The notes under the pieces are model-generated. The model saw only the letters and a list, made by a program, of their open reading frames with translations, did no database searches and was not told where the DNA came from. From Leptonemataceae bacterium (GTDB lineage: Bacteria > Spirochaetota > Leptospiria > Leptospirales > Leptonemataceae): a stretch of 64,000 nucleotides of DNA. The position numbers were made by a program, and so were the translations under genes. This document shows, piece by piece, positions 19,123 through 28,787 of the stretch. The number at the start of each line of letters is the position of its first letter. Position 1 is the first letter of the stretch. The stretch lies in contig OZ245742.1 of NCBI GenBank assembly GCA_965227295.1, positions 3,040,001 through 3,104,000 of the forward strand, written 5' to 3'.

Positions 19123-20007
19123 ATGCTCGCGAATCGCTTTGTTTCCATAATCGTTATTCTCATTTGCTCTACGTTTCACGCGTTGCATGCCGAAGTTTTG
19201 ATTCTGGAAGATGGTTCCACGGTAGACGGGACAGTGATCCGTGAGGACGCCGTATCCGTAACCATCCGTTCCGGCGACGAAGTGGTTAAGATCGCAAAGG
19301 AAGATGTGCGCGAGTTCCTGTACGAATTCGCAACGGAGCAAGAGCGCCAGGCCGCGATTGCCCGGTTAAAGACGTCGCGCGAAGAGCTCGATGCGCAAAT
19401 GCTGCGAATCATGACACGGAGCGAATTGGAGGCCTTCATCACCGAAGAACGCCGGCGGATCGATGCCGGGATGCAGCCGGCGGGGACTGACTCCGTCGAA
19501 TCAGATAGGCCGGTCGCGGAAGAATTGGAAGGACTTGTGTGGCGGAGTGCGCTGTTGCCGGGGCAAGGGCAGTTGTATGCTGGCCGGGATGTTGCCGGTC
19601 GTGCGTTCGCGATCGGTATGCTTGGAATCGGGACGGTTTTTTTTGCAACCCACCGCGATGTGGTTCGCATGAACGCCGAATACGCCGCGGCGAATTTACG
19701 TACGCGAACGGCTTCCATCTACTCGGCCTGGATTGCATCCCCGCTGCCGGCGGCTCTGGCTTACGCTGACGAAGAGCGAATCTTCCACCGCCGTATCGAG
19801 GCGAGCCGCGACAGACAGGCGGTGTCGATTCTCTTTCTGGGCATCTATGTCTGGAATCTTGTCGATGCGGGTCTGACCTCGTCCGGTGCCGCCCCGGAGG
19901 CGGACGTGGGCTGGAACTTCGACGTTCGCCGCCAGGAAATCCAATCGTTTGCCTCCGAGCGTACGGCGGAGACGCGCACTACCGTGGCCTTCTACTGGAA
20001 ATTCTAA
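19123..20007 (+). CDS. LA_0442/LA_0875-like secreted/membrane protein
   Basis: Signal peptide, N-terminal LILEDGSTVDG motif, WRSALLPGQGQLY and YVWNLVDA motifs. Confidence 0.7.
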   Translation: MLANRFVSIIVILICSTFHALHAEVLILEDGSTVDGTVIREDAVSVTIRSGDEVVKIAKEDVREFLYEFATEQERQAAIARLKTSREELDAQMLRIMTRSELEAFITEERRRIDAGMQPAGTDSVESDRPVAEELEGLVWRSALLPGQGQLYAGRDVAGRAFAIGMLGIGTVFFATHRDVVRMNAEYAAANLRTRTASIYSAWIASPLPAALAYADEERIFHRRIEASRDRQAVSILFLGIYVWNLVDAGLTSSGAAPEADVGWNFDVRRQEIQSFASERTAETRTTVAFYWKF

Positions 20008-20040
20008 GATGCTTTTGCTGGATGTTAACAGGAGTTCTGT

Positions 20041-20583
20041 ATGTACCCTGGATTGAATCCCGTTCTGGCCTGTACGCTTCCCGTACTGCTGCTGTGTCTC
20101 GGTTGCCGCCTGGAAAATAGCGACGGCGGTACCGTGGGTTTTGCCGCCTCGTCCACGATCCTGAGCATCCTGGCTCAGTCTACGGCCGTGACCGCCACGG
20201 ATACGCAAATCGGACTGTACTGCGGGAGTTCACCCAATGTTTCCGGCGCCCTCGGCGGCTGGACCGGCGTTCGGGAATATTGTAAGGACACGTGCGACGA
20301 CAGTCCGACGGCGCATATGTGCACGATGCACGAACTTGCGATCAGCCTTCAATTCAGTAAGGGCTATGCCTCCTTGAATTATGTTCAGTGGATCGCGGGC
20401 TGGGGCGCGGGCGCCGTGATCGGCGGCCGGATCACGTCCGAGTGTCAGGGATGGACCTCCGCCAGTCCGGTTTACTCCGCCTCAATGGCGGACCTCGACC
20501 TCATTCCTGCCGCGGGTAGTTGCGATCAGAGTCGATCGATCGCCTGTTGCGACTATGTGAGCATTTCGACTCTTACGAATTAA
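20041..20583 (+). CDS. Cys-rich lipoprotein (DUF1554/Len-like)
   Basis: Lipobox CLGC; SGALGGWTG...C...C, AHMC, ECQGW and IACC motifs. Confidence 0.7.
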   Translation: MYPGLNPVLACTLPVLLLCLGCRLENSDGGTVGFAASSTILSILAQSTAVTATDTQIGLYCGSSPNVSGALGGWTGVREYCKDTCDDSPTAHMCTMHELAISLQFSKGYASLNYVQWIAGWGAGAVIGGRITSECQGWTSASPVYSASMADLDLIPAAGSCDQSRSIACCDYVSISTLTN

Positions 20584-20657
20584 CTTTTGCAAGCACTCCT
20601 GATCTCGATGCGCTTTTTCGTGCAAACTTACGCTGAATAAAAATTAGAGATTGTCTC

Positions 20658-21182
20658 ATGAAGTCCTGCTTATTGCTTTTGGCCGTTATTGCTTTCTCCG
20701 CTCTCTCCTGCGGATTGGAAAACGACCGTGCAGACATCGGACCCTGGTTCGCATCCTCCACTGCGATCAGTCTGCTTGCCCAGAGTGCCGGGGGAAATGC
20801 CGAGTCCGAAACGAAGGTCGGTGTGTTTTGCAACAGCACCGTCTCGGTATCCGGGGCGGTCGGTGGCTGGTCCGGCGTACAGATCCTGTGCAGCGCGGCG
20901 TGCGATAACAGCTCTACGGCCCATATGTGCACGGCGCCGGAAATCATTTTGAGTCTTCAGTTTCGGAAAGTCGAACTGACCACAGCTCACTGGGTTGCCG
21001 GCTGGGGGGCTGAGGCGGACTCCGGCGGCAATCCTATTACGGAATGCCACGGCTATAGTGTGGCCAACGCAAATCGTGGTTCCGTGGTTGGACCCGCGGG
21101 CAACGCGAGCAGTCAGTCGTGTTCGAGCGTTTTGCCCATCGCCTGCTGTGATTATGTTGCGCTGTCCACTCTTGCGAACTAA
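20658..21182 (+). CDS. Cys-rich lipoprotein, tandem paralog of the previous gene
   Basis: Lipobox ALSC; same Cys pattern; ends IACCDYVALSTLAN versus IACCDYVSISTLTN. Confidence 0.7.
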   Translation: MKSCLLLLAVIAFSALSCGLENDRADIGPWFASSTAISLLAQSAGGNAESETKVGVFCNSTVSVSGAVGGWSGVQILCSAACDNSSTAHMCTAPEIILSLQFRKVELTTAHWVAGWGAEADSGGNPITECHGYSVANANRGSVVGPAGNASSQSCSSVLPIACCDYVALSTLAN

Positions 21183-21199
21183 TCTTACCTGAATTAAAC

Positions 21200-21973
21200 T
21201 TAGCCGCGGCGTGCCCCGCTCACCGCCGTGGCGCAGCCGAAGAACAACGCGTGCTCGCGCACGTTCTCCAGACCGGCCTCGCGAAATACGGCGGCAATCT
21301 CCGCACAGTTTCGGAAGTTCTCGGTGTAGATGCCGAGCATACGATAGTTGTCCGGATTGCCCAGGCACAGGCGACCGATCCACGGAATCACGCGATGCAG
21401 ATAAAAAAGATACGGCATTCGCAGCCAGGCCGACGACGGCACCGATATTTCCAGAAACACAAAACGCCCGCCGGGTTTCAGTACGTAGCGAAGCAGGCGG
21501 ACCAGGTCGGCGTAACGTTCCGGGGCCAGGGTCTTGAGTCCGAAGTTGCATACCGCGACGTCGAAGCGTTCGCGCAGCTCGGTTTGTTGCGTAAGCGTGA
21601 AGACGTCCGCTTCCTCTACGGCAATCGCGCAACCGCTGCGCGACTGTAAGTGTGCTCCGTGTTCCCCGGCGCGGCGAATCATCTCATGCGAGAAGTCCAC
21701 GCCGAGGACGGCGCCGTGTTTGCCGACGCCGGCCGCCAGTTCGCCGAAGCACTCGCCCATGCCGGTCATGAGGTCCAGAACATGTTCGCCGGAACGTGGT
21801 TGTGCCAGGCGAATGCAGGCACGGCGCCAGAGATGGGCAAAGCCGAAGGACGCAACGAGGTTCACGAATCCGTAGGTGGCGCTCATCTCGTCGAAAAGAT
21901 TTACCAGCGAGGCGTTATCGTACGGAGCCTTTGCATGCGCCATGAGCGATGTTTCGTGTACGGCGATGCGCAC
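21200..21973 (-). CDS. Class I SAM-dependent methyltransferase (UbiE-like)
   Basis: VLDLMTGMG, GVDFS, FDVAVCNFG, LKPGG. Confidence 0.85.
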   Translation of the reverse strand: MRIAVHETSLMAHAKAPYDNASLVNLFDEMSATYGFVNLVASFGFAHLWRRACIRLAQPRSGEHVLDLMTGMGECFGELAAGVGKHGAVLGVDFSHEMIRRAGEHGAHLQSRSGCAIAVEEADVFTLTQQTELRERFDVAVCNFGLKTLAPERYADLVRLLRYVLKPGGRFVFLEISVPSSAWLRMPYLFYLHRVIPWIGRLCLGNPDNYRMLGIYTENFRNCAEIAAVFREAGLENVREHALFFGCATAVSGARRG

Positions 21974-22044
21974 GCAAGTGGATCACGCCGGTTCCATCCA
22001 CAAAAGTGATTTACGTTACGCCGTGGTCGCTGATTTCGTAATGC

Positions 22045-23556
22045 ATGCGATTCACGTCGCCGGTGTTTCTGGTTTTCTTTCTACTGGTGTACGTTCTGTT
22101 CTGGAGCGTACCCCGGCGGCGTTTTCGTCTGGCCTTGCTCTACGTCGGCTCGCTCGTTTTTTATGCGATGTGGTCGCTGCCTTTCGGCGCGCACTTTCTG
22201 TTTATGCTCGGCCTGAACTACGAGCTCGTGCGTTCCCTGGCCGCCGCGCGCCGCCGGGGGGACGGTCGCCTCTGGCTCGGTATCATCCTCGTTCTCAACT
22301 TCGGGAACCTGTTCTTTTTTAAGTACTCCCACGCATTTCTGCAGCTGTGGATCGATGCCGGCCTGGGAAGCGCGGCCGTGAGTCCGGCGCTGAGTTTTAC
22401 GGAGTCGATGGTGCTGCCCCTCGCCATCAGCTTTTACACGTTTCAGATGACGGCGTTTGCGGTGGATGTCTATCGTCGCGAGGTGCCGGCGCTGCCCGGG
22501 TACTTCGACTACGCCGTGTTCATTTTGTTTTTTCCGCAGCTCGTGGCCGGGCCCATCATGCGGCACGGGGATTTCCTCGGCCAACTGCAACGTCTGGATC
22601 AGCTCCGACCGCCGCCGGAACGGACCACCGGGGGCATGTATTTATTGATGCAGGGTCTCACGAAAAAGATTCTCATTGCCGATAACCTGGCGCTGCATAC
22701 CGTGCCCGTCTTTTACGATCCGGGCGGTTACGATGCCGGGACGTTGCTCATCGCCACGTTCGGCTACGCGGCGCAGCTCTACTGTGATTTCTCGGGTTAC
22801 ACGGACATTGCCCGCGGCCTGGGCAAACTGCTCGGCCTGGAGTTGCCGGAGAACTTTCGCGGTCCGTACCTGAACACCAGCATCCGGGATTTCTGGCAGA
22901 CCTGGCACATCACACTCACCGCCTGGATTCGAGATTACGTGTACATTCCCCTGGGCGGCAATCGCGTCTCCATGCTGCGGCGCGCGTTCAACACGGTCTT
23001 CACGCTGCTTTTGATCGGTATCTGGCACGGCGCCGGTTATAACTTCTTCGCCCTCGGCCTGGTCAACGGCCTGTTGTTGATCGGAGAGGACTGGCTGGCC
23101 GGCGTGGTTCGTTCCGCGGCCCGGCTGGTGGGGCTCAGTGTGCCGGAGCACGGGCTGGTGCGTAGCGTGCTGACGATCGCCCAGGTCATGATTACGTTCA
23201 GCATTGTCGCGCTGGTGATGATCATGTTGATCACGCCGGACTTTTCCCATACGCTGCTTGTTTACCGGCGCATCTTTACTCTGGCCGGTGGAAATAGTTC
23301 GGAGGCCGTGAACGAGATCTTTCCGCTCTTGATCGTCTTCACGTTCGTCCTGAACGGACTGCAACGGCCCATCTGGTTCAGCAACGTCAAGGACCGGCCG
23401 CCGGGACCGGAGAACCGGACCATCGGCCAGGCCGTGGCGGATTCGCTGAGCCCGCGCACGCGTTTGCTTGCGCTCTGGATTCTGGGCCTGGCCTTGCTGC
23501 TCGCCCTGGGCCGCTTCGCCCCGCAGGGGGCGGACTTCATCTACTTCCAATTTTAA
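22045..23556 (+). CDS. MBOAT family O-acyltransferase (AlgI/DltB-like)
   Basis: LPLAISFYTFQ, FFPQLVAGPI, YCDFSGYTD, FWQTWHITL, GIWHG. Confidence 0.92.
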   Translation: MRFTSPVFLVFFLLVYVLFWSVPRRRFRLALLYVGSLVFYAMWSLPFGAHFLFMLGLNYELVRSLAAARRRGDGRLWLGIILVLNFGNLFFFKYSHAFLQLWIDAGLGSAAVSPALSFTESMVLPLAISFYTFQMTAFAVDVYRREVPALPGYFDYAVFILFFPQLVAGPIMRHGDFLGQLQRLDQLRPPPERTTGGMYLLMQGLTKKILIADNLALHTVPVFYDPGGYDAGTLLIATFGYAAQLYCDFSGYTDIARGLGKLLGLELPENFRGPYLNTSIRDFWQTWHITLTAWIRDYVYIPLGGNRVSMLRRAFNTVFTLLLIGIWHGAGYNFFALGLVNGLLLIGEDWLAGVVRSAARLVGLSVPEHGLVRSVLTIAQVMITFSIVALVMIMLITPDFSHTLLVYRRIFTLAGGNSSEAVNEIFPLLIVFTFVLNGLQRPIWFSNVKDRPPGPENRTIGQAVADSLSPRTRLLALWILGLALLLALGRFAPQGADFIYFQF

Positions 23557-23562
23557 GTTAAC

Positions 23563-24669
23563 ATGTTATTAAGTCACAAACATCTACTGCTGCCGCTGAT
23601 CTTTCTTGCGAGTTACCTGGCCCTGGATCGGGTGTTCGCCTTGCCGGCGGTGCGCCGGCATACGCAGCACTGGACGAACGTTGAGGACGTGTTCTACGAA
23701 ACCCGGGAGCGTCTGTTTCAGCTTCTGAAACAGGAACATCGCGAGCACCCTGACGAAGAGCTGGTACTGGTCTTCGGTTCGTCGCGGTCGGCCCCGTTTC
23801 CGCCGGCCTGGTTTGCGGAGCACGTTCCCGATGCGCGGCTCTACAACTTCAGCGCGCCCAGCGCGGCCCCGTCGTACTACGCCTACTGGCTGGGGCATAT
23901 CGCGGCCCTTGTGCCGGAACCGAAGATTCGCGCGGCCGTCGTGGAGATCGACAGCGGTCTTTTTTCCCGGGCCGCGCTCCAGCCGTCTCTGGCCTACGCC
24001 TACGATCCCGCGTTCATGCTGCGGCACCTGGACGTCCTGGGAACCGGGGAGGGCTTTGCTTTGAGCGCCGCGGAAACGTTTTTTCTGAAGCGCGCCTTTG
24101 CAAGCTACCGCTATCCCGTGAAAATTTCCAACGTAATCGACAATCACAAGAAGTTAACGTTCTTTGAAGACGGGGAGATCATCGAGACCAATCAACTCGC
24201 CATTCGGGATCGTCTGTTCGTGCTCATGGACCGGAACTTCGACGCCTTCCGCGGCGGCATCCCGTACCCCGTGCCGAACCGCGTGCCGCCCCACGAGCTC
24301 GAGGCCCACGCCGATCGGACGATGCTGCGCTACGCCGCCGCCGCGAAACCCCTGCCGTCTCAGCTTTATTTCTTTGAACTAACGCTGGAACATCTGGCCG
24401 CCCGGGACGTGCCGGTGCTGTTGTACTGGCCCGTGGTGTCGGAGCCGCTGCGTCGTCGCATGGTGGAGGCGAATCTCGTGGCTCCGTACAAAAATCGAAT
24501 AATAAATATCTTAGAAGATGTAGTTAAGAAATTCCCGGGCGCGCGCATCACCTTGATTGACCCCAACGACGACCCGGAGTTCGGCTGCCGGGTGTTCTCG
24601 GATTCCTTTCACCTGGAGGGCGCGTGTTACGGTGAGCTTTCGGAGTATCTCTGGAGTCGAATGCCGTAA
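23563..24669 (+). CDS. DUF1574-like SGNH partner of the MBOAT
   Basis: N-terminal TM, FGSSRS and FSDSFHL (DxxH) motifs; directly follows the MBOAT gene. Confidence 0.75.
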   Translation: MLLSHKHLLLPLIFLASYLALDRVFALPAVRRHTQHWTNVEDVFYETRERLFQLLKQEHREHPDEELVLVFGSSRSAPFPPAWFAEHVPDARLYNFSAPSAAPSYYAYWLGHIAALVPEPKIRAAVVEIDSGLFSRAALQPSLAYAYDPAFMLRHLDVLGTGEGFALSAAETFFLKRAFASYRYPVKISNVIDNHKKLTFFEDGEIIETNQLAIRDRLFVLMDRNFDAFRGGIPYPVPNRVPPHELEAHADRTMLRYAAAAKPLPSQLYFFELTLEHLAARDVPVLLYWPVVSEPLRRRMVEANLVAPYKNRIINILEDVVKKFPGARITLIDPNDDPEFGCRVFSDSFHLEGACYGELSEYLWSRMP

Positions 24670-24745
24670 CTCAGGCCTGGATCGCCGCCGATTCCCGCCA
24701 AAAACCTGCTTTTCAAATACGCACCCGCGTCGGATCACTGACCTG

Positions 24746-25723
24746 ATGTCGCGGATCAACGCCGATCAGTTCGAAGCACTTCTGTTTCAGGAAATCCGCG
24801 ATATCTACGGCCAGGGCCTGCCGTATTTCCAGCCTTTGCGGGTGCTGGGTTCCACCGTCGGCTACGACTTCGGCGTCTACGGCGACTACTGGAAGCTCGA
24901 AATCGAAGGCCGCCAGCTCGACTCGCACATTCTGCGCGGCCTGTTGCCGGTGCAACGTCGGGCTCTGCTGCCGAACAAGTACCAGAGCGTGTTCCTGCGC
25001 ATCGAACATCCGCAGCACGTCACCTCATCGCGCTCAAAAAATCCGGAGGTCTATCAGGACTGGAAGGACGCGGGTTATCGCGGCTACTACCGGTTCGAGC
25101 CGGACGACCTTGAGTGCCGACGCCTCTCGGAGCTGGAGCGAAACCTGGGGGATACGGGCACGGTGATGTATGCGTCGCCGGCGTTTACGACCACGCGCGA
25201 GGCGGACATCGCCCGGGCGGCGGGGACCGTGTTGCAACAAACGCACTTTCAGTCGCCGGGCGCGCTCCTGCATCAGGAGTTCTACGCGTACGGGGACGCC
25301 CACGGGGCCGGCAAGGTCTATCCCGGCGAGCGGGAAATCGCGGCGGTGAAGTTTCTGCGCGAGGTCATCGAGCTGCGCCATGCCGCGGACGTGGAGCCTT
25401 TCCTGGTGCATCTCGCGCGGGTGTGGGACGTCATCGTACACGTCGCCGATTCTTTCGCGGACGCCGACGAAGAGGACCGCGACGATCCCTACGACCCCGC
25501 CGTGGATCGCAAGCTTGCGCAGGAAGCCCTCGGCGAGGCGGCGCGGCTGCCCGCGGAACCGTTACATATTTTAGGAGAAGGTCGCATCACGTTGCCGCAC
25601 TTCCACGAGGAAGACGACCGCGTGCGGCCCATCGATCTGGAATCGTTCGGGGCGGCGGTCTTCGCCGTGCATCGTCTGGCGCGGGAAAAGTTCGGCTGCG
25701 TGTGGACGGTATTTTATAGTTAA
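24746..25723 (+). CDS. Hypothetical protein, possibly a degenerate nuclease-like fold
   Basis: ORF with GC3-rich codon usage; start chosen at MSRINADQFE. Confidence 0.7.
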   Translation: MSRINADQFEALLFQEIRDIYGQGLPYFQPLRVLGSTVGYDFGVYGDYWKLEIEGRQLDSHILRGLLPVQRRALLPNKYQSVFLRIEHPQHVTSSRSKNPEVYQDWKDAGYRGYYRFEPDDLECRRLSELERNLGDTGTVMYASPAFTTTREADIARAAGTVLQQTHFQSPGALLHQEFYAYGDAHGAGKVYPGEREIAAVKFLREVIELRHAADVEPFLVHLARVWDVIVHVADSFADADEEDRDDPYDPAVDRKLAQEALGEAARLPAEPLHILGEGRITLPHFHEEDDRVRPIDLESFGAAVFAVHRLAREKFGCVWTVFYS

Positions 25724-25735
25724 GGGTTTATTCTT

Positions 25736-26470
25736 ATGATTGAAATGTTTTCTGATCCTAACACGTACGTGGCGTTACTTACGCTGACGTTGCTGGAAAT
25801 CGTCCTCGGGATCGACAACATCGTTTTTATTTCGATTCTCTCCGGGAAGCTGCCGAAGGAGCAGCAAAACAAGGCGCGCCTCCTGGGCCTCGGTCTTGCG
25901 ATGGGCATGCGCATCTTACTATTGCTTTCGATTTCCTGGATCATGCGCCTCACCGAGCCGCTGTTTACGGTGCTCGACCACGACATCTCGGGCAAGTCGT
26001 TGATTCTTCTCGGCGGCGGCCTCTTCTTGATTGCGAAGTCGACGTTCGAGATTCACGAGAAGATGGAAGTGGCCGGCTCTCCGCACGAGACGAACATCAA
26101 GGTCAGCTCGTTTGCGTCCGTGATTACGCAAATCATCCTGCTGGACCTGGTCTTTTCTCTGGATTCCGTCATCACCGCCGTCGGCATGACGGACAAAATT
26201 CCCGTTATGATCATCGCCATCGTCATTGCCGTGGGCATCATGATGATTTCCGCCGGTCCGGTGTCGAACTTCGTGGAGCGTCACCCGACGGTGAAGATCC
26301 TGGCGTTGAGTTTCTTGATTCTAATCGGCGTCGCGTTGCTGGGCGAAGGCCTCGAACTGCACATTCCGAAAGGATACATCTACTTCGCCATGGGCTTCTC
26401 CGTGGTGGTCGAAATGATCAACCTGCGCGTCCGCGGCAGCAAGACGGCGGGGAAGAAAGCGGCGCATTAA
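25736..26470 (+). CDS. TerC family membrane protein
   Basis: LEIVLGIDN, DLVFSLDSVITAVG, IPKGYIYFAM. Confidence 0.93.
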   Translation: MIEMFSDPNTYVALLTLTLLEIVLGIDNIVFISILSGKLPKEQQNKARLLGLGLAMGMRILLLLSISWIMRLTEPLFTVLDHDISGKSLILLGGGLFLIAKSTFEIHEKMEVAGSPHETNIKVSSFASVITQIILLDLVFSLDSVITAVGMTDKIPVMIIAIVIAVGIMMISAGPVSNFVERHPTVKILALSFLILIGVALLGEGLELHIPKGYIYFAMGFSVVVEMINLRVRGSKTAGKKAAH

Positions 26471-26484
26471 ATTCTACACAGGGA

Positions 26485-27258
26485 ATGTTAAGAATGAATT
26501 CTCGAATTGTTGTCTTGTTTGCGGCGGTCGCTTTCGCCGCGGTCGGTTGCGGCGGCCCACTGGCTGAGGCGCGCATGTGTCAGAAGCTCGAAGGCGGGGA
26601 GTGTCCCGAGGGCCTGGAGATGTTCGTGCGCACGGCGAAGCGTTTGTATCTGAGCGGTCATCCGAACGTGGGAGCCGGCGCCGGCATTGAAGTGGACGTG
26701 CTGTATCTCCCGGAACCGGAAACGCCGGAGAGTGTTTACAACACGGTCTTCGAAGTGCCCGAGGGTGACGGGCCGGTGGCGATTCCCCTGGAACCGGGGC
26801 GGCTGAAGGTCGGATCGTATCGCCTGGTGGCGGGGGAGGCGGGCGCGGAGCCGGCCCTGGCCATGGAGTTCAGCGTCTGGAACACCCAGGCGGAGATTGA
26901 TGCGTTGCGCGAACTGGGTGACAAACGCGGTGCGATTCTCACGAGCATTCGCGTTTGCAAAGAAGCGGTGGACAACGAGTGCGAAGAAAGCTTCGAAAGC
27001 ATGCCGCACGGACAGAAGCAGTTTCATCTTACGTTTCACTACGACGATGTCATCGACGGCACCGAGGTTTCGATCGAATGGCTACGCAACGGCAAACGCA
27101 TCCACTTTCAAAAGAATCCGGCGGATTCCAGCAGCGGTCGCATGTGGGCGATGATCGGTCTTAAGAACTCGCCCATGGCCCGCGGAAAGTACGAGGCGCG
27201 CATTACGGCTTCGAAGAGCAAGCAGGGGATGTTGCGGAAGACGTGGGTGGTGAAGTAG
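26485..27258 (+). CDS. Lipoprotein with two tandem Cys-paired beta-rich domains
   Basis: Lipobox AVGC; RMCQKLEGGECPE and RVCKEAVDNECEE repeats. Confidence 0.7.
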   Translation: MLRMNSRIVVLFAAVAFAAVGCGGPLAEARMCQKLEGGECPEGLEMFVRTAKRLYLSGHPNVGAGAGIEVDVLYLPEPETPESVYNTVFEVPEGDGPVAIPLEPGRLKVGSYRLVAGEAGAEPALAMEFSVWNTQAEIDALRELGDKRGAILTSIRVCKEAVDNECEESFESMPHGQKQFHLTFHYDDVIDGTEVSIEWLRNGKRIHFQKNPADSSSGRMWAMIGLKNSPMARGKYEARITASKSKQGMLRKTWVVK

Positions 27259-27266
27259 GGGGAGGC

Positions 27267-28061
27267 TCAGGCGTCCTCTAAGACTCCGCGTTCGCGCAGT
27301 AGTTCTGCGGAGAGCCCGGTGGCCTCAATGACCGTGGCCGGATCGATCCCGAGTTCCAGCAAGCGCCGGGCAGTGTCGAGTTTGCCTTCTGCAATGCCTT
27401 CTTCACGGCCTTCTTCAATGCCTTCCTGGCGAATCCAATCGTAGACGGGAGACTCAAACATCAACGGACCTGCCTGGCGCATGATTTCCCGCGCACGCTC
27501 GGGATCGTGGATTCCAGTATAGATGTATAAAACCGAAAGTAAACTCGTTTTTTCATCCGGTGATAGGTTGTCTTCGTTTTGGATGCGTTGTCTTGCGCGC
27601 TCGACATACTGGTCGCCGTCCTGCATCAGGGGGATAAACGGCAGGATCGACACCCCGGCATCAATATAATCTGCTGCGGGCAATTCCCAGAGTTTCACAA
27701 GATGATAGCGAAATCGCAGGGCGTGGTCCGCGTACACATCTCGCGCGCCGGCATGCGGCCGAATCAAAAATACAAGCGCATCCACCGGCAGGCGATAGCG
27801 CAGCCAATAACGTGCATGGTACTCCACCAATCGCATGGGCAGGCCCGTCTCCCAGTTCGTCTGGTACTCTACTAAGACGACACGTTCCTCTCCGGATGCC
27901 AGAGTCATACGAACCGGCGCGTCGGATCGACGGACGTTGACGGTTTCCGTCGGCAGTTCGTCGAGAGTCTGAATTGCCGACGGCCGGACCTGTAGGAACT
28001 TTTGTAAGATCTCGTGTCCGCTGATCTGCATGAATTCTTTGGATGCGATGTCGTACTGCAT
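27267..28061 (-). CDS. Rpn family recombination-promoting nuclease / putative transposase
   Basis: YDIASK, RRSD...LVEYQ catalytic-type motif, LPFIPLM, EEGREEG repeats, TGLS tail. Confidence 0.85.
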   Translation of the reverse strand: MQYDIASKEFMQISGHEILQKFLQVRPSAIQTLDELPTETVNVRRSDAPVRMTLASGEERVVLVEYQTNWETGLPMRLVEYHARYWLRYRLPVDALVFLIRPHAGARDVYADHALRFRYHLVKLWELPAADYIDAGVSILPFIPLMQDGDQYVERARQRIQNEDNLSPDEKTSLLSVLYIYTGIHDPERAREIMRQAGPLMFESPVYDWIRQEGIEEGREEGIAEGKLDTARRLLELGIDPATVIEATGLSAELLRERGVLEDA

Positions 28062-28086
28062 GACGCGGCCTGCCAGAGCTGCGTCC

Positions 28087-28113
28087 AGTATATCAGATCC
28101 GGGTTGGTGTCAA
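28087..28113 (-). promoter_or_regulatory. Sigma70-like promoter for the Rpn gene
   Basis: Minus strand TTGACA-N15-TATACT with an extended -10 TG; spacer is short. Confidence 0.45.
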
Positions 28114-28229
28114 GGAAGAAATGTAGAATGGATCGCGATGTGCGGGCTGCTTTATGAATCGCCTGTAATGTCTCGCAGTCAGGATGCTGCGGTAGTCACG
28201 AGTGGTGAAGCAGGGGATAGGGTGCCCTT

Positions 28230-28721
28230 TCAGATTTCACGGATATATCGAATGGGAATGAACGAGATGTTTTCCGTCTGATCTAGCTTCCCGTCATCTT
28301 CGGCGCCCGTTACGGCGATGCCGACGACTCGACCGCTCTTATTGAACACTGGTCCGCCACTGTTTCCTGCAACAATACCCGAGTCGAGCAGGATACGTTT
28401 GATTCCGGAAACCATTCTATGGCCCGTGATTCGGACTTCCTTTCGGATGCCGGAGTCTCCATGGCGATAGTTTGGAAAGCCGCATACATATAGTGTTTCT
28501 CCGGTGTGGTAAGATGCGTTGTATTCCGCCTGAAAAGGGATTGTAGACACGGATGAATAGCACTCACAGACTGCAAGGTCGATGTCGGACGACCTTTTCA
28601 CTAAGTTGAGGGAGAAACTCTTGGTATCCTGATCGCGCAAGAAGGCTTTCGAATCTGCAAATACGACATGATCGCAAGTTACAATGCCCAGATCTTCCAA
28701 GGCGAATGCTGTTCCCTGCAT
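28230..28721 (-). CDS. Trypsin-like serine protease domain (retron effector), in frame with the RT
   Basis: Catalytic triad motifs TCDHVV, DIDLAV and GNSGGP; frame stays open upstream to 28787, directly behind the RT stop. Confidence 0.85.
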   Translation of the reverse strand: MQGTAFALEDLGIVTCDHVVFADSKAFLRDQDTKSFSLNLVKRSSDIDLAVCECYSSVSTIPFQAEYNASYHTGETLYVCGFPNYRHGDSGIRKEVRITGHRMVSGIKRILLDSGIVAGNSGGPVFNKSGRVVGIAVTGAEDDGKLDQTENISFIPIRYIREI

Positions 28722-28787
28722 AGCCTCCTGCTCAGATTCTACAACGAATATGCTGTTCCACTCAGAAATCGGAGGTGGTGCGACAAT

